Under the pieces are notes generated by a model. The model was given only the letters and a program-made list of their open reading frames with translations. It searched no databases and was not told where the DNA came from. 64,000 nucleotides of DNA from Auanema rhodensis (lineage: Eukaryota > Animalia > Nematoda). Shown here in pieces: positions 12,401 to 27,516 of the stretch. The DNA is taken from NCBI GenBank assembly GCA_964057225.1, contig OZ059900.1, positions 21,638,001 to 21,702,000 on the forward strand, given 5' to 3'. Within the stretch, counting starts at the first letter, position 1. Each line of letters begins with the position of its first letter. The position numbers and the translations under genes are program-made.

Positions 12401-15400
12401 AAATATTTCTCATGGGAAATACTGTGTTTTTGTATTTTTCTAGTGTTCAGCATGTAAAATGCTTCATTTGAGTATGTAACACGCTGAAATTCGTTGCATT
12501 TGACGACTCATATGAACAAAAATCGATTTAATCAATATTAGCCATAAAGGGCGTGCCCTCAGAATATGCTAATTTCCTTAATTTTCTAACCCCTGTTTTT
12601 TTGTCGTGAAAGTGGAACTAGACGTTGTATTAACAATTTTGAGCTAGGTTTCATTGACATTGCATGAGTTTGAACACATGAAATCGTAAGTCAAAACCTT
12701 GTTTACAGCGAAATTTCCAAAAACTGGTTTTCCAGCATAATAAAATATTTCTCATGAGAAATACTGTGTTTTTGTATTTTTCTAGTGTTCAGCATGTAAA
12801 ATGCTTCATTTCAGTATGTAACACGCTGAAATTCGTTGCATTTGACGACTCATATGAACAAAAATCGATTTAATCAATATTAGCCATAAAGGGCGTGCCC
12901 TCAGAATATGCTAATTTCCTTAATTTTCTAACCCCTGTTTTTTTGTCGTGAAAGTGGAACTAGACGTTGTACGAACAATTTTGAGCTAGGTTTCATTGAC
13001 ATTGCATGAGTTTGAACACATGAAATCGTAAGTCAAAACCTTGTTTACAGCGAAATTTCCAAAAACTGGTTTTCCAGCATAATAAAATATTTCTCATGGG
13101 AAATACTGTGTTTTTGTATTTTTCTAGTGTTCAGCATGTAAAATGCTTCATTTTATTATGTAACACGCTGAAATTCGTTGCATTTGACTACTCATATGAA
13201 CAAAAATCGATTTAATCAATATTAGCCATAAGGGGCGTGCCCTCAGAATATGCTAATTTCCTTAATTTTCTAACCCCTATTTTTTTGTCGTGAAAGTGGA
13301 ACTAGACGTTGTAGGAACAATTTTGAGCTAGGTTTCATTGACATTGCATGAGTTTGAACACATGAAATCGTAAGTCAAAACCTTGTTTACAGCGAAATTT
13401 CCAAAAACTGGTTTTCCAGCATAATAAAATATTTCTCATGGGAAATACTGTGTTTTTGTATTTTTCTAGTGTTCAGCATGTAAAATGCTTCATTTTAGTA
13501 TGTAACACGCTGAAATTCGTTGCATTTGACGACTCATATGAACAAAAATCGATTTAATCAATATTAGCCATAAAGGGCGTGCCCTCAGAATATGCTAATT
13601 TCCTTAATTTTCTAACCCCTGTTTTTTTGTCGTGAAAGTAGAACTAGACGTTGTAGGAACAATTTTGAGCTAGGTTTCATTGACATTGCATGAGTTTGAA
13701 CACATGAAATCGTAAGTCAAAACCTTGTTTACAGCGAAATTTCCAAAAACTGGTTTTCCAGCATAATAAAATATTTCTCATGGGAAATACTGTGTTTTTG
13801 TATTTTTCTAGTGTTCAGCATGTAAAATGCTTCATTTTAGTATGTAACACGCTGAAATTCGTTGCATTTGACGACTCATATGAACAAAAATCGATTTAAT
13901 CAATATTAGCCATAAGGGGCGTGCCCTCAGAATATGCTAATTTCCTTAATTTTCTAACCCCTGTTTTTTTGTCGTGAAAGTGGAACTAGACGTTGTACGA
14001 ACAATTTTGAGCTAGGTTTCATTGACATTGCATGAGTTTGAACACATGAAATCGTAAGTCAAAACCTTGTTTACAGCGAAATTTCCAAAAACTGGTTTTC
14101 CAGCATAATAAAATATTTCTCATGGGAAATACTGTGTTTTTGTATTTTTCCAGTGTTCAGCATGTAAAATGCTTCATTTTAGTATGTAACACGCTGAAAT
14201 TCGTTGCATTTGACGACTCATATGAACAAAAATCGATTTAATCAATATTAGCCATAAAGGGCGTGCCCTCAGAATATGCTAATTTCCTTAATTTTCTAAC
14301 CCCTGTTTTTTTGTCGTGAAAGTGGAACTAGACGTTGTACGAACAATTTTGAGCTAGGTTTCATTGACATTGCATGAGTTTGAACACATGAAATCGTAAG
14401 TCAAAACCTTGTTTACAGCGAAATTTCCAAAAACTGGTTTTCCAGCATAATAAAATATTTCTCATGGGAAATACTGTGTTTTTGTATTTTTCTAGTGTTC
14501 AGCATGTAAAATGCTTCATTTTAGTATGTAACACGCTGAAATTCGTTGCATTTGACGACTCATATGAACAAAAATCGATTTAATCAATATTAGCCATAAA
14601 GGGCGTGCCCTCAGAATATGCTAATTTCCTTAATTTTCTAACCCCTGTTTTTTTGTCGTGAAAGTGGAACTAGACGTTGTATTAACAATTTTGAGCTAGG
14701 TTTCATTGACATTGCATGAGTTTGAACACATGAAATCGTAAGTCAAAACCTTGTTTACAGCGAAATTTCCAAAAACTGGTTTTCCAGCATAATAAAATAT
14801 TTCTCATGGGAAATACTGTGTTTTTGTATTTTTCTAGTGTTCAGCATGTAAAATGCTTCATTTTAGTATGTAACACGCTGAAATTCGTTGCATTTGACTA
14901 CTCATATGAACAAAAATCGATTTAATCAATATTAGCCATAAGGGGCGTGCCCTCAGAATATGCTAATTTCCTTAATTTTCTAACCCCTATTTTTTTGTCG
15001 TGAAAGTGGAACTAGACGTTGTAGGAACAATTTTGAGCTAGGTTTCATTGACATTGCATGAGTTTGAACACATGAAATCGTAAGTCAAAACCTTGTTTAC
15101 AGCGAAATTTCCAAAAACTGGTTTTCCAGCATAATAAAATATTTCTCATGGGAAATACTGTGTTTTTGTATTTTTCTAGTGTTCAGCATGTAAAATGCTT
15201 CATTTTAGTATGTAACACGCTGAAATTCGTTGCATTTGACGACTCATATGAACAAAAATCGATTTAATCAATATTAGCCATAAAGGGCGTGCCCTCAGAA
15301 TATGCTAATTTCCTTAATTTTCTAACCCCTGTTTTTTTGTCGTGAAAGTAGAACTAGACGTTGTAGGAACAATTTTGAGCTAGGTTTCATTGACATTGCA

Positions 15401-18400
15401 TGAGTTTGAACACATGAAATCGTAAGTCAAAACCTTGTTTACAGCGAAATTTCCAAAAACTGGTTTTCCAGCATAATAAAATATTTCTCATGGGAAATAC
15501 TGTGTTTTTGTATTTTTCTAGTGTTCAGCATGTAAAATGCTTCATTTTAGTATGTAACACGCTGAAATTCGTTGCATTTGACGACTCATATGAACAAAAA
15601 TCGATTTAATCAATATTAGCCATAAGGGGCGTGCCCTCAGAATATGCTAATTTCCTTAATTTTCTAACCCCTGTTTTTTTGTCGTGAAAGTGGAACTAGA
15701 CGTTGTACGAACAATTTTGAGCTAGGTTTCATTGACATTGCATGAGTTTGAACACATGAAATCGTAAGTCAAAACCTTGTTTACAGCGAAATTTCCAAAA
15801 ACTGGTTTTCCAGCATAATAAAATATTTCTCATGGGAAATACTGTGTTTTTGTATTTTTCTAGTGTTCAGCATGTAAAATGCTTTATTTTAGTATGTAAC
15901 ACGCTGAAATTCGTTGCATTTCACGACTCATACGAACAAAAATCGATTTAATCAATATTAGCCATAAAGGGCGTGCCCTCAGAATATGCTAATTTCCTTA
16001 ATTTTCTAACCCCTGTTTTTTTGTCGTGAAAGTGGAACTAGACGTTGTATTAACAATTTTGAGCTAGGTTTCATTGACATTGCATGAGTTTGAACACATG
16101 AAATCGTAAGTCAAAACCTTGTTTACAGCGAAATTTCCAAAAACTGGTTTTCCAGCATAATAAAATATTTCTCATGGGAAATACTGTGTTTTTGTATTTT
16201 TCTAGTGTTCAGCATGTAAAATGCTTCATTTTAGTATGTAACACGCTGAAATTCGTTGCATTTGACGACTCATATGAACAAAAATCGATTTAATCAATAT
16301 TAGCCATAAAGGGCGTGCCCTCAGAATATGCTAATTTCCTTAATTTTCTAACCCCTGTTTTTTTGTCGTGAAAGTGGAACTAGACGTTGTACGAACAATT
16401 TTGAGCTAGGTTTCATTGACATTGCATGAGTTTGAACACATGAAATCGTAAGTCAAAACCTTGTTTACAGCGAAATTTCCAAAAACTGGTTTTCCAGCAT
16501 AATAAAATATTTCTCATGGGAAATACTGTGTTTTTGTATTTTTCTAGTGTTCAGCATGTAAAATGCTTCATTTTAGTATGTAACACGCTGAAATTCTTTG
16601 CATTTGACGACTCATATGAACAAAAATCGATTTAATCAATATTAGCCATAAGGGGCGTGCCCTCAGAATATGCGAATTTCCTTAATTTTCTAACCCCTGT
16701 TTTTTTGTCGTGAAAGTGGAACTAGACGTTGTACGAACAATTTTTAGCTAGGTTTCATTGACATTGCATGAGTTTGAACACATGAAATCGTAAGTCAAAA
16801 CCTTGTTTACAGCGAAATTTCCAAAAACTGGTTTTCCAGCATAATAAAATATTTCTCATGGGTATTACTGTGTTTTTGTATTTTTCTAGTGTTCAGCATG
16901 TAAAATGCTTCATTTTAGTATGTAACACGCTGAAATTCGTTGCATTTGACGACTCATATGAACAAAAATCGATTTAATCAATATTAGCCATAAAGGGCGT
17001 GCCCTCAGAATATGCTAATTTCCTTAATTTTCTAACCCCTGTTTTTTTGTCGTGAAAGTGGAACTAGACGTTGTATTAACAATTTTGAGCTAGGTTTCAT
17101 TGACATTGCATGAGTTTGAACACATGAAATCGTAAGTCAAAACCTTGTTTACAGCGAAATTTCCAAAAACTGGTTTTCCAGCATAATAAAATATTTCTCA
17201 TGGGAAATACTGTGTTTTTGTATTTTTCTAGTGTTCAGCATGTAAAATGCTTCATTTTAGTATGTAACACGCTGAAATTCGTTGCATTTGACGACTCATA
17301 TGAACAAAAATCGATTTAATCAATATTAGCCATAAAGGGCGTGCCCTCAGAATATGCTAATTTCCTTAATTTTCTAACCCCTGTTTTTTTGTCGTGAAAG
17401 TGGAACTAGACGTTGTACGAACAATTTTGAGCTAGGTTTCATTGACATTGCATGAGTTTGAACACATGAAATCGTAAGTCAAAACCTTGTTTACAGCGAA
17501 ATTTCCAAAAACTGGTTTTCCAGCATAATAAAATATTTCTCATGGGAAATACTGTGTTTTTGTATTTTTCTAGTGTTCAGCATGTAAAATGCTTCATTTT
17601 AGTATGTAACACGCTGAAATTCTTTGCATTTGACGACTCATATGAACAAAAATCGATTTAATCAATATTAGCCATAAGGGGCGTGCCCTCAGAATATGCG
17701 AATTTCCTTAATTTTCTAACCCCTGTTTTTTTGTCGTGAAAGTGGAACTAGACGTTGTACGAACAATTTTGAGCTAGGTTTCATTGACATTGCATGAGTT
17801 TGAACACATGAAATCGTAAGTCAAAACCTTGTTTACAGCGAAATTTCCAAAAACTGGTTTTCCAGCATAATAAAATATTTCTCATGGGAAATACTGTGTT
17901 TTTGTATTTTTCTAGTGTTCAGCATGTAAAATGCTTCATTTTAGTATGTAACACGCTGAAATTCTTTGCATTTGACGACTCATATGAACAAAAATCGATT
18001 TAATCAATATTAGCCATAAAGGGCGTGCCCTCAGAATATGCTAATTTCCTTAATTTTCTAACCCCTGTTTTTTTGTCGTGAAAGTGGAACTAGACGTTGT
18101 ACGAACAATTTTGAGCTAGGTTTCATTGACATTGCATGAGTTTGAACACATGAAATCGTAAGTCAAAACCTTGTTTACAGCGAAATTTCCAAAAACTGGT
18201 TTTCCAGCATAATAAAATATTTCTCATGGGAAATACTGTGTTTTTGTATTTTTCTAGTGTTCAGCATGTAAAATGCTTCATTTTAGTATGTAACACGCTG
18301 AAATTCTTTGCATTTGACGACTCATATGAACAAAAATCGATTTAATCAATATTAGCCATAAGGGGCGTGCCCTCAGAATATGCGAATTTCCTTAATTTTC

Positions 18401-21400
18401 TAACCCCTGTTTTTTTGTCGTGAAAGTGGAACTAGACGTTGTACGAACAATTTTTAGCTAGGTTTCATTGACATTGCATGAGTTTGAACACATGAAATCG
18501 TAAGTCAAAACCTTGTTTACAGCGAAATTTCCAAAAACTGGTTTTCCAGCATAATAAAATATTTCTCATGGGTATTACTGTGTTTTTGTATTTTTCTAGT
18601 GTTCAGCATGTAAAATGCTTCATTTTAGTATGTAACACGCTGAAATTCGTTGCATTTGACGACTCATATGAACAAAAATCGATTTAATCAATATTAGCCA
18701 TAAAGGGCGTGCCCTCAGAATATGCTAATTTCCTTAATTTTCTAACCCGTGTTTTTTAGTCGTGAAAGTGGAACTAGACGTTGTACGAACAATTTTGAGC
18801 TAGGTTTCATTGACATTGCATGAGTTTGAACACATGAAATCGTAAGTCAAAACCTTGTTTACAGCGAAATTTCCAAAAACTGGTTTTCCAGCATAATAAA
18901 ATATTTCTCATGGGAAATACTGTGTTTTTGTATTTTTCTAGTGTTCAGCATGTAAAATGCTTCATTTTAGTATGTAACACGCTGAAATTCGTTGCATTTG
19001 ACGACTCATATGAACAAAAATCGATTTAATCAATATTAGCCATAAAGGGCGTGCCCTCAGAATATGCTAATTTCCTTAATTTTCTAACCCCGGTTTTTTT
19101 GTCGTGAAAGTGGAACTAGACGTTGTAGGAACAATTTTGAGCTAGGTTTCATTGACATTGCATGAGTTTGAACACATGAAATCGTAAGTCAAAACCTTGT
19201 TTACAGCGAAATTTCCAAAAACTGGTTTTCCAGCATAATAAAATATTTCTCATGTGAAATACTGTGTTTTTGTATTTTTCTAGTGTTCAGCATGTAAAAT
19301 GCTTCATTTTAGTATGTAACACGCTGAAATTCGTTGCATTTGACGACTCATATGAACAAAAATCGATTTAATCAATATTAGCCATAAAGGGCATGCCCTC
19401 AGAATATGCTAATTTCCTTAATTTTCTAACCCCTGTTTTTTTGTCGTGAAAGTGGAACTAGACGTTGTACGAACAATTTTGAGCTAGGTTTCATTGACAT
19501 TGCATGAGTTTGAACACATGAAATCGTAAGTCAAAACCTTGTTTACAGCGAAATTTCCAAAAACTGGTTTTCCAGCATAATAAAATATTTCTCATGGGAA
19601 ATACTGTGTTTTTGTATTTTTCTAGTGTTCAGCATGTAAAATGCTTCATTTTAGTATGTAACACGCTGAAATTCGTTGCATTTGACGACTCATATGAACA
19701 AAAATCGATTTAATCAATATTAGCCATAAGGGGCGTGCCCTCAGAATATGCGAATTTCCTTAATTTTCTAACCCCTGTTTTTTTGTCGTGAAAGTGGAAC
19801 TAGACGTTGTACGAACAATTTTGAGCTAGGTTTCATTGACATTGCATGAGTTTGAACACATGAAATCGTAAGTCAAAACCTTGTTTACAGCGAAATTTCC
19901 AAAAACTGGTTTTCCAGCATAATAAAATATTTCTCATGGGTATTACTGTGTTTTTGTATTTTTCTAGTGTTCAGCATGTAAAATGCTTCATTTTAGTATG
20001 TAACACGCTGAAATTCGTTGCATTTGACGACTCATATGAACAAAAATCGATTTAATCAATATTAGCCATAAGGGGCGTGCCCTCAGAATATGCTAATTTC
20101 CTTAATTTTCTAACCCGTGTTTTTTAGTCGTGAAAGTGGAACTAGACGTTGTACGAACAATTTTGAGCTAGGTTTCATTGACATTTCATGAGTTTGAACA
20201 CATGAAATCGTAAGTCAAAACCTTGTTTACAGCGAAATTTCCAAAAACTGGTTTTCCAGCATAATAAAATATTTCTCATGGGAAATACTGTGTTTTTGTA
20301 TTTTTCTAGTGTTCAGCATGTAAAATGCTTCATTTTAGTATGTAACACGCTGAAATTCGTTGCATTTGACGACTCATATGAACAAAAATCGATTTAATCA
20401 ATATTAGCCATAAGGGGCGTGCCCTCAGAATATGCTAATTTCCTTAATTTTCTAACCCGTGTTTTTTAGTCGTGAAAGTGGAACTAGACGTTGTACGAAC
20501 AATTTTGAGCTAGGTTTCATTGACATTGCATGAGTTTGAACACATGAAATCGTAAGTCAAAACCTTGTTTACAGCGAAATTTCCAAAAACTGGTTTTCCA
20601 GCATAATAAAATATTTCTCATGGGAAATACTGTGTTTTTGTATTTTTCTAGTGTTCAGCATGTAAAATGCTTCATTTTAGTATGTAACACGCTGAAATTC
20701 GTTGCATTTGACGACTCATATGAACAAAAATCGATTTAATCAATATTAGCCATAAAGGGCGTGCCCTCAGAATATGCTAATTTCCTTAATTTTCTAACCC
20801 GTGTTTTTTAGTCGTGAAAGTGGAACTAGACGTTGTACGAACAATTTTGAGCTAGGTTTCATTGACATTGCATGAGTTTGAACACATGAAATCGTAAGTC
20901 AAAACCTTGTTTACAGCGAAATTTCCAAAAACTGGTTTTCCAGCATAATAAAATATTTCTCATGGGAAATACTGTGTTTTTGTATTTTTCTAGTGTTCAG
21001 CATGTAAAATGCTTCATTTTAGTATGTAACACGCTGAAATTCGTTGCATTTGACGACTCATATGAACAAAAATCGATTTAATCAATATTAGCCATAAAGG
21101 GCGTGCCCTCAGAATATGCTAATTTCCTTAATTTTCTAACCCCGGTTTTTTTGTCGTGAAAGTGGAACTAGACGTTGTAGGAACAATTTTGAGCTAGGTT
21201 TCATTGACATTGCATGAGTTTGAACACATGAAATCGTAAGTCAAAACCTTGTTTACAGCGAAATTTCCAAAAACTGGTTTTCCAGCATAATAAAATATTT
21301 CTCATGGGAAATACTGTGTTTTTGTTTTTTTCTAGCGTTCAGCATGTAAAATGCTTCATTTTAGTATGTAACACGCTGAAATTCGTTGCATTTGACGACT

Positions 21401-24400
21401 CATATGAACAAAAATCGATTTAATCAATATTAGCCATAAGGGGCGTGCCCTCAGAATATGCTAATTTCCTTAATTTTCTAACCCCTGTTTTTTGTCGTGA
21501 AAGTGGAACTAGACGTTGTACGAACAATTTTGAGCTAGGTTTCATTGACATTGCATGAGTTTGAACACATGAAATCGTAAGTCAAAACCTTGTTTACAGC
21601 GAAATTTCCAAAAACTGGTTTTCCAGCATAATAAAATATTTCTCATGGGAAATACTGTGTTTTTGTATTTTTCTAGTGTTCAGCATGTAAAATGCTTCAT
21701 TTTAGTATGTAACACGCTGAAATTCGTTGCATTTGACGACTCATATGAACAAAAATCGATTTAATCAATATTAGCCATAAGGGGCGTGCCCTCAGAATAT
21801 GCTAATTTCCTTAATTTTCTAACCCCTGTTTTTTTGTCGTGAAAGTGGAACTAGACGTTGTAGGAACAATTTTGAGCTAGGTTTCATTGACATTGCATGA
21901 GTTTGAACACATGAAATCGTAAGTCAAAACCTTGTTTACAGCGAAATTTCCAAAAACTGGTTTTCCAGCATAATAAAATATTTCTCATGGGAAATACTAT
22001 GTTTTTGTATTTTTCTAGTGTTCAGCATGTAAAATGCTTCATTTTAGTATGTAACACGCTGAAATTCGTTGCATTTGACGACTCATATGAACAAAAATCG
22101 ATTTAATCAATATTAGCCATAAGGGGCGTGCCCTCAGAATATGCTAATTTCCTTAATTTTCTAACCCCTGTTTTTTTGTCGTGAAAGTGGAACTAGACGT
22201 TGTAGGAACAATTTTGAGCTAGGTTTCATTGACATTGCATGAGTTTGAACACATGAAATCGTAAGTCAAAACCTTGTTTACAGCGAAATTTCCAAAAACT
22301 GGTTTTCCAGCATAATAAAATATTTCTCATGGGAAATACTGTGTTTTTGTATTTTTCTAGTGTTCAGCATGTAAAATGCTTCATTTTAGTATGTAACACG
22401 CTGAAATTCGTTGCATTTGACGACTCATATGAACAAAAATCGATTTAATCAATATTAGCCATAAGGGGCGTGCCCTCAGAATATGCTAATTTCCTTAATT
22501 TTCTAACCCCTGTTTTTTGTCGTGAAAGTGGAACTAGACGTTGTACGAACAATTTTGAGCTAGGTTTCATTGACATTGCATGAGTTTGAACACATGAAAT
22601 CGTAAGTCAAAACCTTGTTTACAGCGAAATTTCCAAAAACTGGTTTTCCAGCATAATAAAATATTTCTCATGGGAAATACTGTGTTTTTGTATTTTTCTA
22701 GTGTTCAGCATGTAAAATGCTTCATTTTAGTATGTAACACGCTGAAATTCGTTGCATTTGACGACTCATATGAACAAAAATCGATTTAATCAATATTAGC
22801 CATAAAGGGCGTGCTCTCAGAATATGCTAATTTCCTTAATTTTCTAACCCCTGTTTTTTTGTCGTGAAAGTGGAACTAGACGTTGTAGGAACAATTTTGA
22901 GCTAGGTTTCATTGACATTGCATGAGTTTGAACACATGAAATCGTAAGTCAAAACCTTGTTTACAGCGAAATTTCCAAAAACTGGTTTTCCAGCATAATA
23001 AAATATTTCTCATGGGAAATACTGTGTTTTTGTATTTTTCTAGCGTTCAGCATGTAAAATGCTTCATTTTAGTATGTAACACGCTGAAATTCGTTGCATT
23101 TGACGACTCATATGAACAAAAATCGATTTAATCAATATTAGCCATAAAGGGTGTGCCCTCAGAATATGCTAATTTCCTTAATTTTCTAACCCCTGTTTTT
23201 TTGTCGTGAAAGTGGAACTAGACGTTGTACGAACAATTTTGAGCTAGGTTTCATTGACATTGCATGAGTTTGAACACATGAAATCGTAAGTCAAAACCTT
23301 GTTTACAGCGAAATTTCCAAAAACTGGTTTTCCAGCATAATAAAATATTTCTCATGGGAAATACTGTGTTTTTGTATTTTTCTAGTGTTCAGCATGTAAA
23401 ATGCTTCATTTTAGTATGTAACACGCTGAAATTCGTTGCATTTGACGACTCATATGAACAAAAATCGATTTAATCAATATTAGCCATAAGGGGCGTGCCC
23501 TCAGAATATGCTAATTTCCTTAATTTTCTAACCCCTGTTTTTTTGTCGTGAAAGTGGAACTAGACGTTGTAGGAACAATTTTGAGCTAGGTTTCATTGAC
23601 ATTGCATGAGTTTGAACACATGAAATCGTAAGTCAAAACCTTGTTTACAGCGAAATTTCCAAAAACTGGTTTTCCAGCATAATAAAATATTTCTCATGGG
23701 AAATACTGTGTTTTTGTATTTTTCTAGCGTTCAGCATGTAAAATGCTTCATTTTAGTATGTAACACGCTGAAATTCGTTGCATTTGACGACTCATATGAA
23801 CAAAAATCGATTTAATCAATATTAGCCATAAAGGGCGTGCCCTCAGAATATGCTAATTTCCTTAATTTTCTAACCCCTGTTTTTTTGTCGTGAAAGTGGA
23901 ACTAGACGTTGTACGAACAATTTTGAGCTAGGTTTCATTGACATTGCATGAGTTTGAACACATGAAATCGTAAGTCAAAACCTTGTTTACAGCGAAATTT
24001 CCAAAAACTGGTTTTCCAGCATAATAAAATATTTCTCATGGGAAATACTGTGTTTTTGTATTTTTCTAGCGTTCAGCATGTAAAATGCTTCATTTTAGTA
24101 TGTAACACGCTGAAATTCGTTGCATTTGACGACTCATATGAACAAAAATCGATTTAATCAATATTAGCCATAAAGGGCGTGCCCTCAGAATATGCTAATT
24201 TCCTTAATTTTCTAACCCCTGTTTTTTTGTCGTGAAAGTGGAACTAGACGTTGTACAAACAATTTTGAGCTAGGTTTCATTGACATTGCATGAGTTTGAA
24301 CACATGAAATCGTAAGTCAAAACCTTGTTTACAGCGAAATTTCCAAAAACTGGTTTTCCAGCATAATAAAATATTTCTCATGGGAAATACTGTGTTTTTG

Positions 24401-25984
24401 TATTTTTCTAGTGTTCAGCATGTAAAATGTTTCATTTTAGTATGTAACACGCTGAAATTCGTTGCATTTGACGACTCATATGAACAAAAATCGATTTAAT
24501 CAATATTAGCCATAAGGGGCGTGCCCTCAGAATATGCTAATTTCCTTAATTTTCTAACCCCTGTTTTTTTGTCGTGAAAGTGGAACTAGACGTTGTACGA
24601 ACAATTTTGAGCTAGGTTTCATTGACATTGCATGAGTTTGAACACATGAAATCGCAAGTCAAAACCTTGTTTACAGCGAAATTTCCAAAAACTGGTTTTC
24701 CAGCATAATAAAATATTTCTCATGGGTAACACTGTGTTTTTGTATTTTTCTAGCGTTCAGCATGTAAAATGCTTCATTTTAGTATGTAACACGCTGAAAT
24801 TCGTTGCATTTGACGACTCATATGAACAAAAATCGATTTAATCAATATTAGCCATAAAGGGCGTGCCCTCAGAATATGCTAATTTCCTTAATTTTCTAAC
24901 CCCTGTTTTTTGTCGTGAAAGTGGAACTAGACGTTGTACGAACAATTTTGAGCTAGGTTTCATTGACATTGCATGAGTTTGAACACATGAAATCGTAAGT
25001 CAAAACCTTGTTTACAGCGAAATTTCCAAAAACTGGTTTTCCAGCATAATAAAATATTTCTCATGGGAAATACTGTGTTTTTGTATTTTTCTAGTGTTCA
25101 GCATGTAAAATGCTTCATTTTAGTATGTAACACGCTGAAATTCGTTGCATTTGACGACTCATATGAACAAAAATCGATTTAATCAATATTAGCCATAAGG
25201 GGCGTGCCCTCAGAATATGCTAATTTCCTTAATTTTCTAACCCCTGTTTTTTGTCGTGAAAGTGGAACTAGACGTTGTACGAACAATTTTGAGCTAGGTT
25301 TCATTGACATTGCATGAGTTTGAACACATGAAATCGTAAGTCAAAACCTTGTTTACAGCGAAATTTCCAAAAACTGGTTTTCCAGCATAATAAAATATTT
25401 CTCATGGGAAATACTGTGTTTTTGTATTTTTCTAGTGTTCAGCATGTAAAATGCTTCATTTTAGTATGTAACACGCTGAAATTCGTTGCATTTGACGACT
25501 CATATGAACAAAAATCGATTTAATCAATATTAGCCATAAGGGGCGTGCCCTCAGAATATGCTAATTTCCTTAATTTTCTAACCCCTGTTTTTTTGTCGTG
25601 AAAGTGGAACTAGACGTTGTAGGAACAATTTTGAGCTAGGTTTCATTGACATTGCATGAGTTTGAACACATGAAATCGTAAGTCAAAACCTTGTTTACAG
25701 CGAAATTTCCAAAAACTGGTTTTCCAGCATAATAAAATATTTCTCATGGGAAATACTGTGTTTTTGTATTTTTCTAGCGTTCAGCATGTAAAATGCTTCA
25801 TTTTAGTATGTAACACGCTGAAATTCGTTGCATTTGACGACTCATATGAACAAAAATCGATTTAATCAATATTAGCCATAAGGGGCGTGCCCTCAGAATA
25901 TGCTAATTTCCTTAATTTTCTAACCCCTGTTTTTTTGTCGTGAAAGTGGAACTAGACGTTGTACGAACAATTTTGAGCTAGGTT

Positions 25985-26490
25985 TCATTGACATTGCATG
26001 AGTTTGAACACATGAAATCGTAAGTCAAAACCTTGTTTACAGCGAAATTTCCAAAAACTGGTTTTCCAGCATAATAAAATATTTCTCATGGGAAATACTA
26101 TGTTTTTGTATTTTTCTAGTGTTCAGCATGTAAAATGCTTCATTTAAGTATGTAACACGCTGAAATTCGTTGCATTTGACGACTCAAGTCAAAACCTTGT
26201 TTACAGCGAAATTTCCAAAAACTGGTTTTCCAGCATAATAAAATATTTCTCATGGGAAATACTGTGTTTTTGTATTTTTCTAGTGTTCAGCATGTAAAAT
26301 GCTTCATTTTAGTATGTAACACGCTGAAATTCGTTGCATTTGACGACTCATATGAACAAAAATCGATTTAATCAATATTAGCCATAAAGGGCGTGCTCTC
26401 AGAATATGCTAATTTCCTTAATTTTCTAACCCCTGTTTTTTTGTCGTGAAAGTGGAACTAGACGTTGTAGGAACAATTTTGAGCTAGGTT
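25985..26490. repeat. Fused 506-bp unit carrying a 178-bp deletion (monomer position 202 joined to position 39 of the next monomer)
   Basis: At 26181 the sequence reads gactca|agtcaaaacc instead of gactcatatgaac. The next monomer start is at 26491 (506 = 684 - 178). Confidence 0.97.
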
Positions 26491-27516
26491 TCATTGACAT
26501 TGCATGAGTTTGAACACATGAAATCGTAAGTCAAAACCTTGTTTACAGCGAAATTTCCAAAAACTGGTTTTCCAGCATAATAAAATATTTCTCATGGGAA
26601 ATACTGTGTTTTTGTATTTTTCTAGCGTTCAGCATGTAAAATGCTTCATTTTAGTATGTGACACGCTGAAATTCGTTGCATTTGACGACTCATATGAACA
26701 AAAATCGATTTAATCAATATTAGCCATAAGGGGCGTGCCCTCAGAATATGCTAATTTCCTTAATTTTCTAACCCCTGTTTTTTTGTCGTGAAAGTGGAAC
26801 TAGACGTTGTAGGAACAATTTTGAGCTAGGTTTCATTGACATTGCATGAGTTTGAACACATGAAATCGTAAGTCAAAACCTTGTTCACAGCGAAATTTCC
26901 AAAAACTGGTTTTCCAGCATAATAAAATATTTCTCATGGGAAATACTGTGTTTTTGTATTTTTCTAGCGTTCAGCATGTAAAATGTTTCATTTTAGTATG
27001 TAACACGCTGAAATTCGTTGCATTTGACGACTCATATGAACAAAAATCGATTTAATCAATATTAGCCATAAAGGGTGTGCCCTCAGAATATGCTAATTTC
27101 CTTAATTTTCTAACCCCTGTTTTTTTGTCGTGAAAGTGGAACTAGACGTTGTACGAACAATTTTGAGCTAGGTTTCATTGACATTGCATGAGTTTGAACA
27201 CATGAAATCGTAAGTCAAAACCTTGTTTACAGCGAAATTTCCAAAAACTGGTTTTCCAGCATAATAAAATATTTCTCATGGGAAATACTGTGTTTTTGTA
27301 TTTTTCTAGTGTTCAGCATGTAAAATGCTTTATTTTAGTATGTAACACGCTGAAATTCGTTGCATTTGACGACTCATATGAACAAAAATCGATTTAATCA
27401 ATATTAGCCATAAGGGGCGTGCCCTCAGAATATGCTAATTTCCTTAATTTTCTAACCCCTGTTTTTTTGTCGTGAAAGTGGAACTAGACGTTGTACGAAC
27501 AATTTTGAGCTAGGTT

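Noticed and set aside
26181-26196. Deletion explained by homologous exchange between the two ancestral half-monomers
   Set aside because: The local half-to-half register maps position 38 to about 219-221, not 202, so the junction is out of homologous register and has only 1 bp of microhomology.
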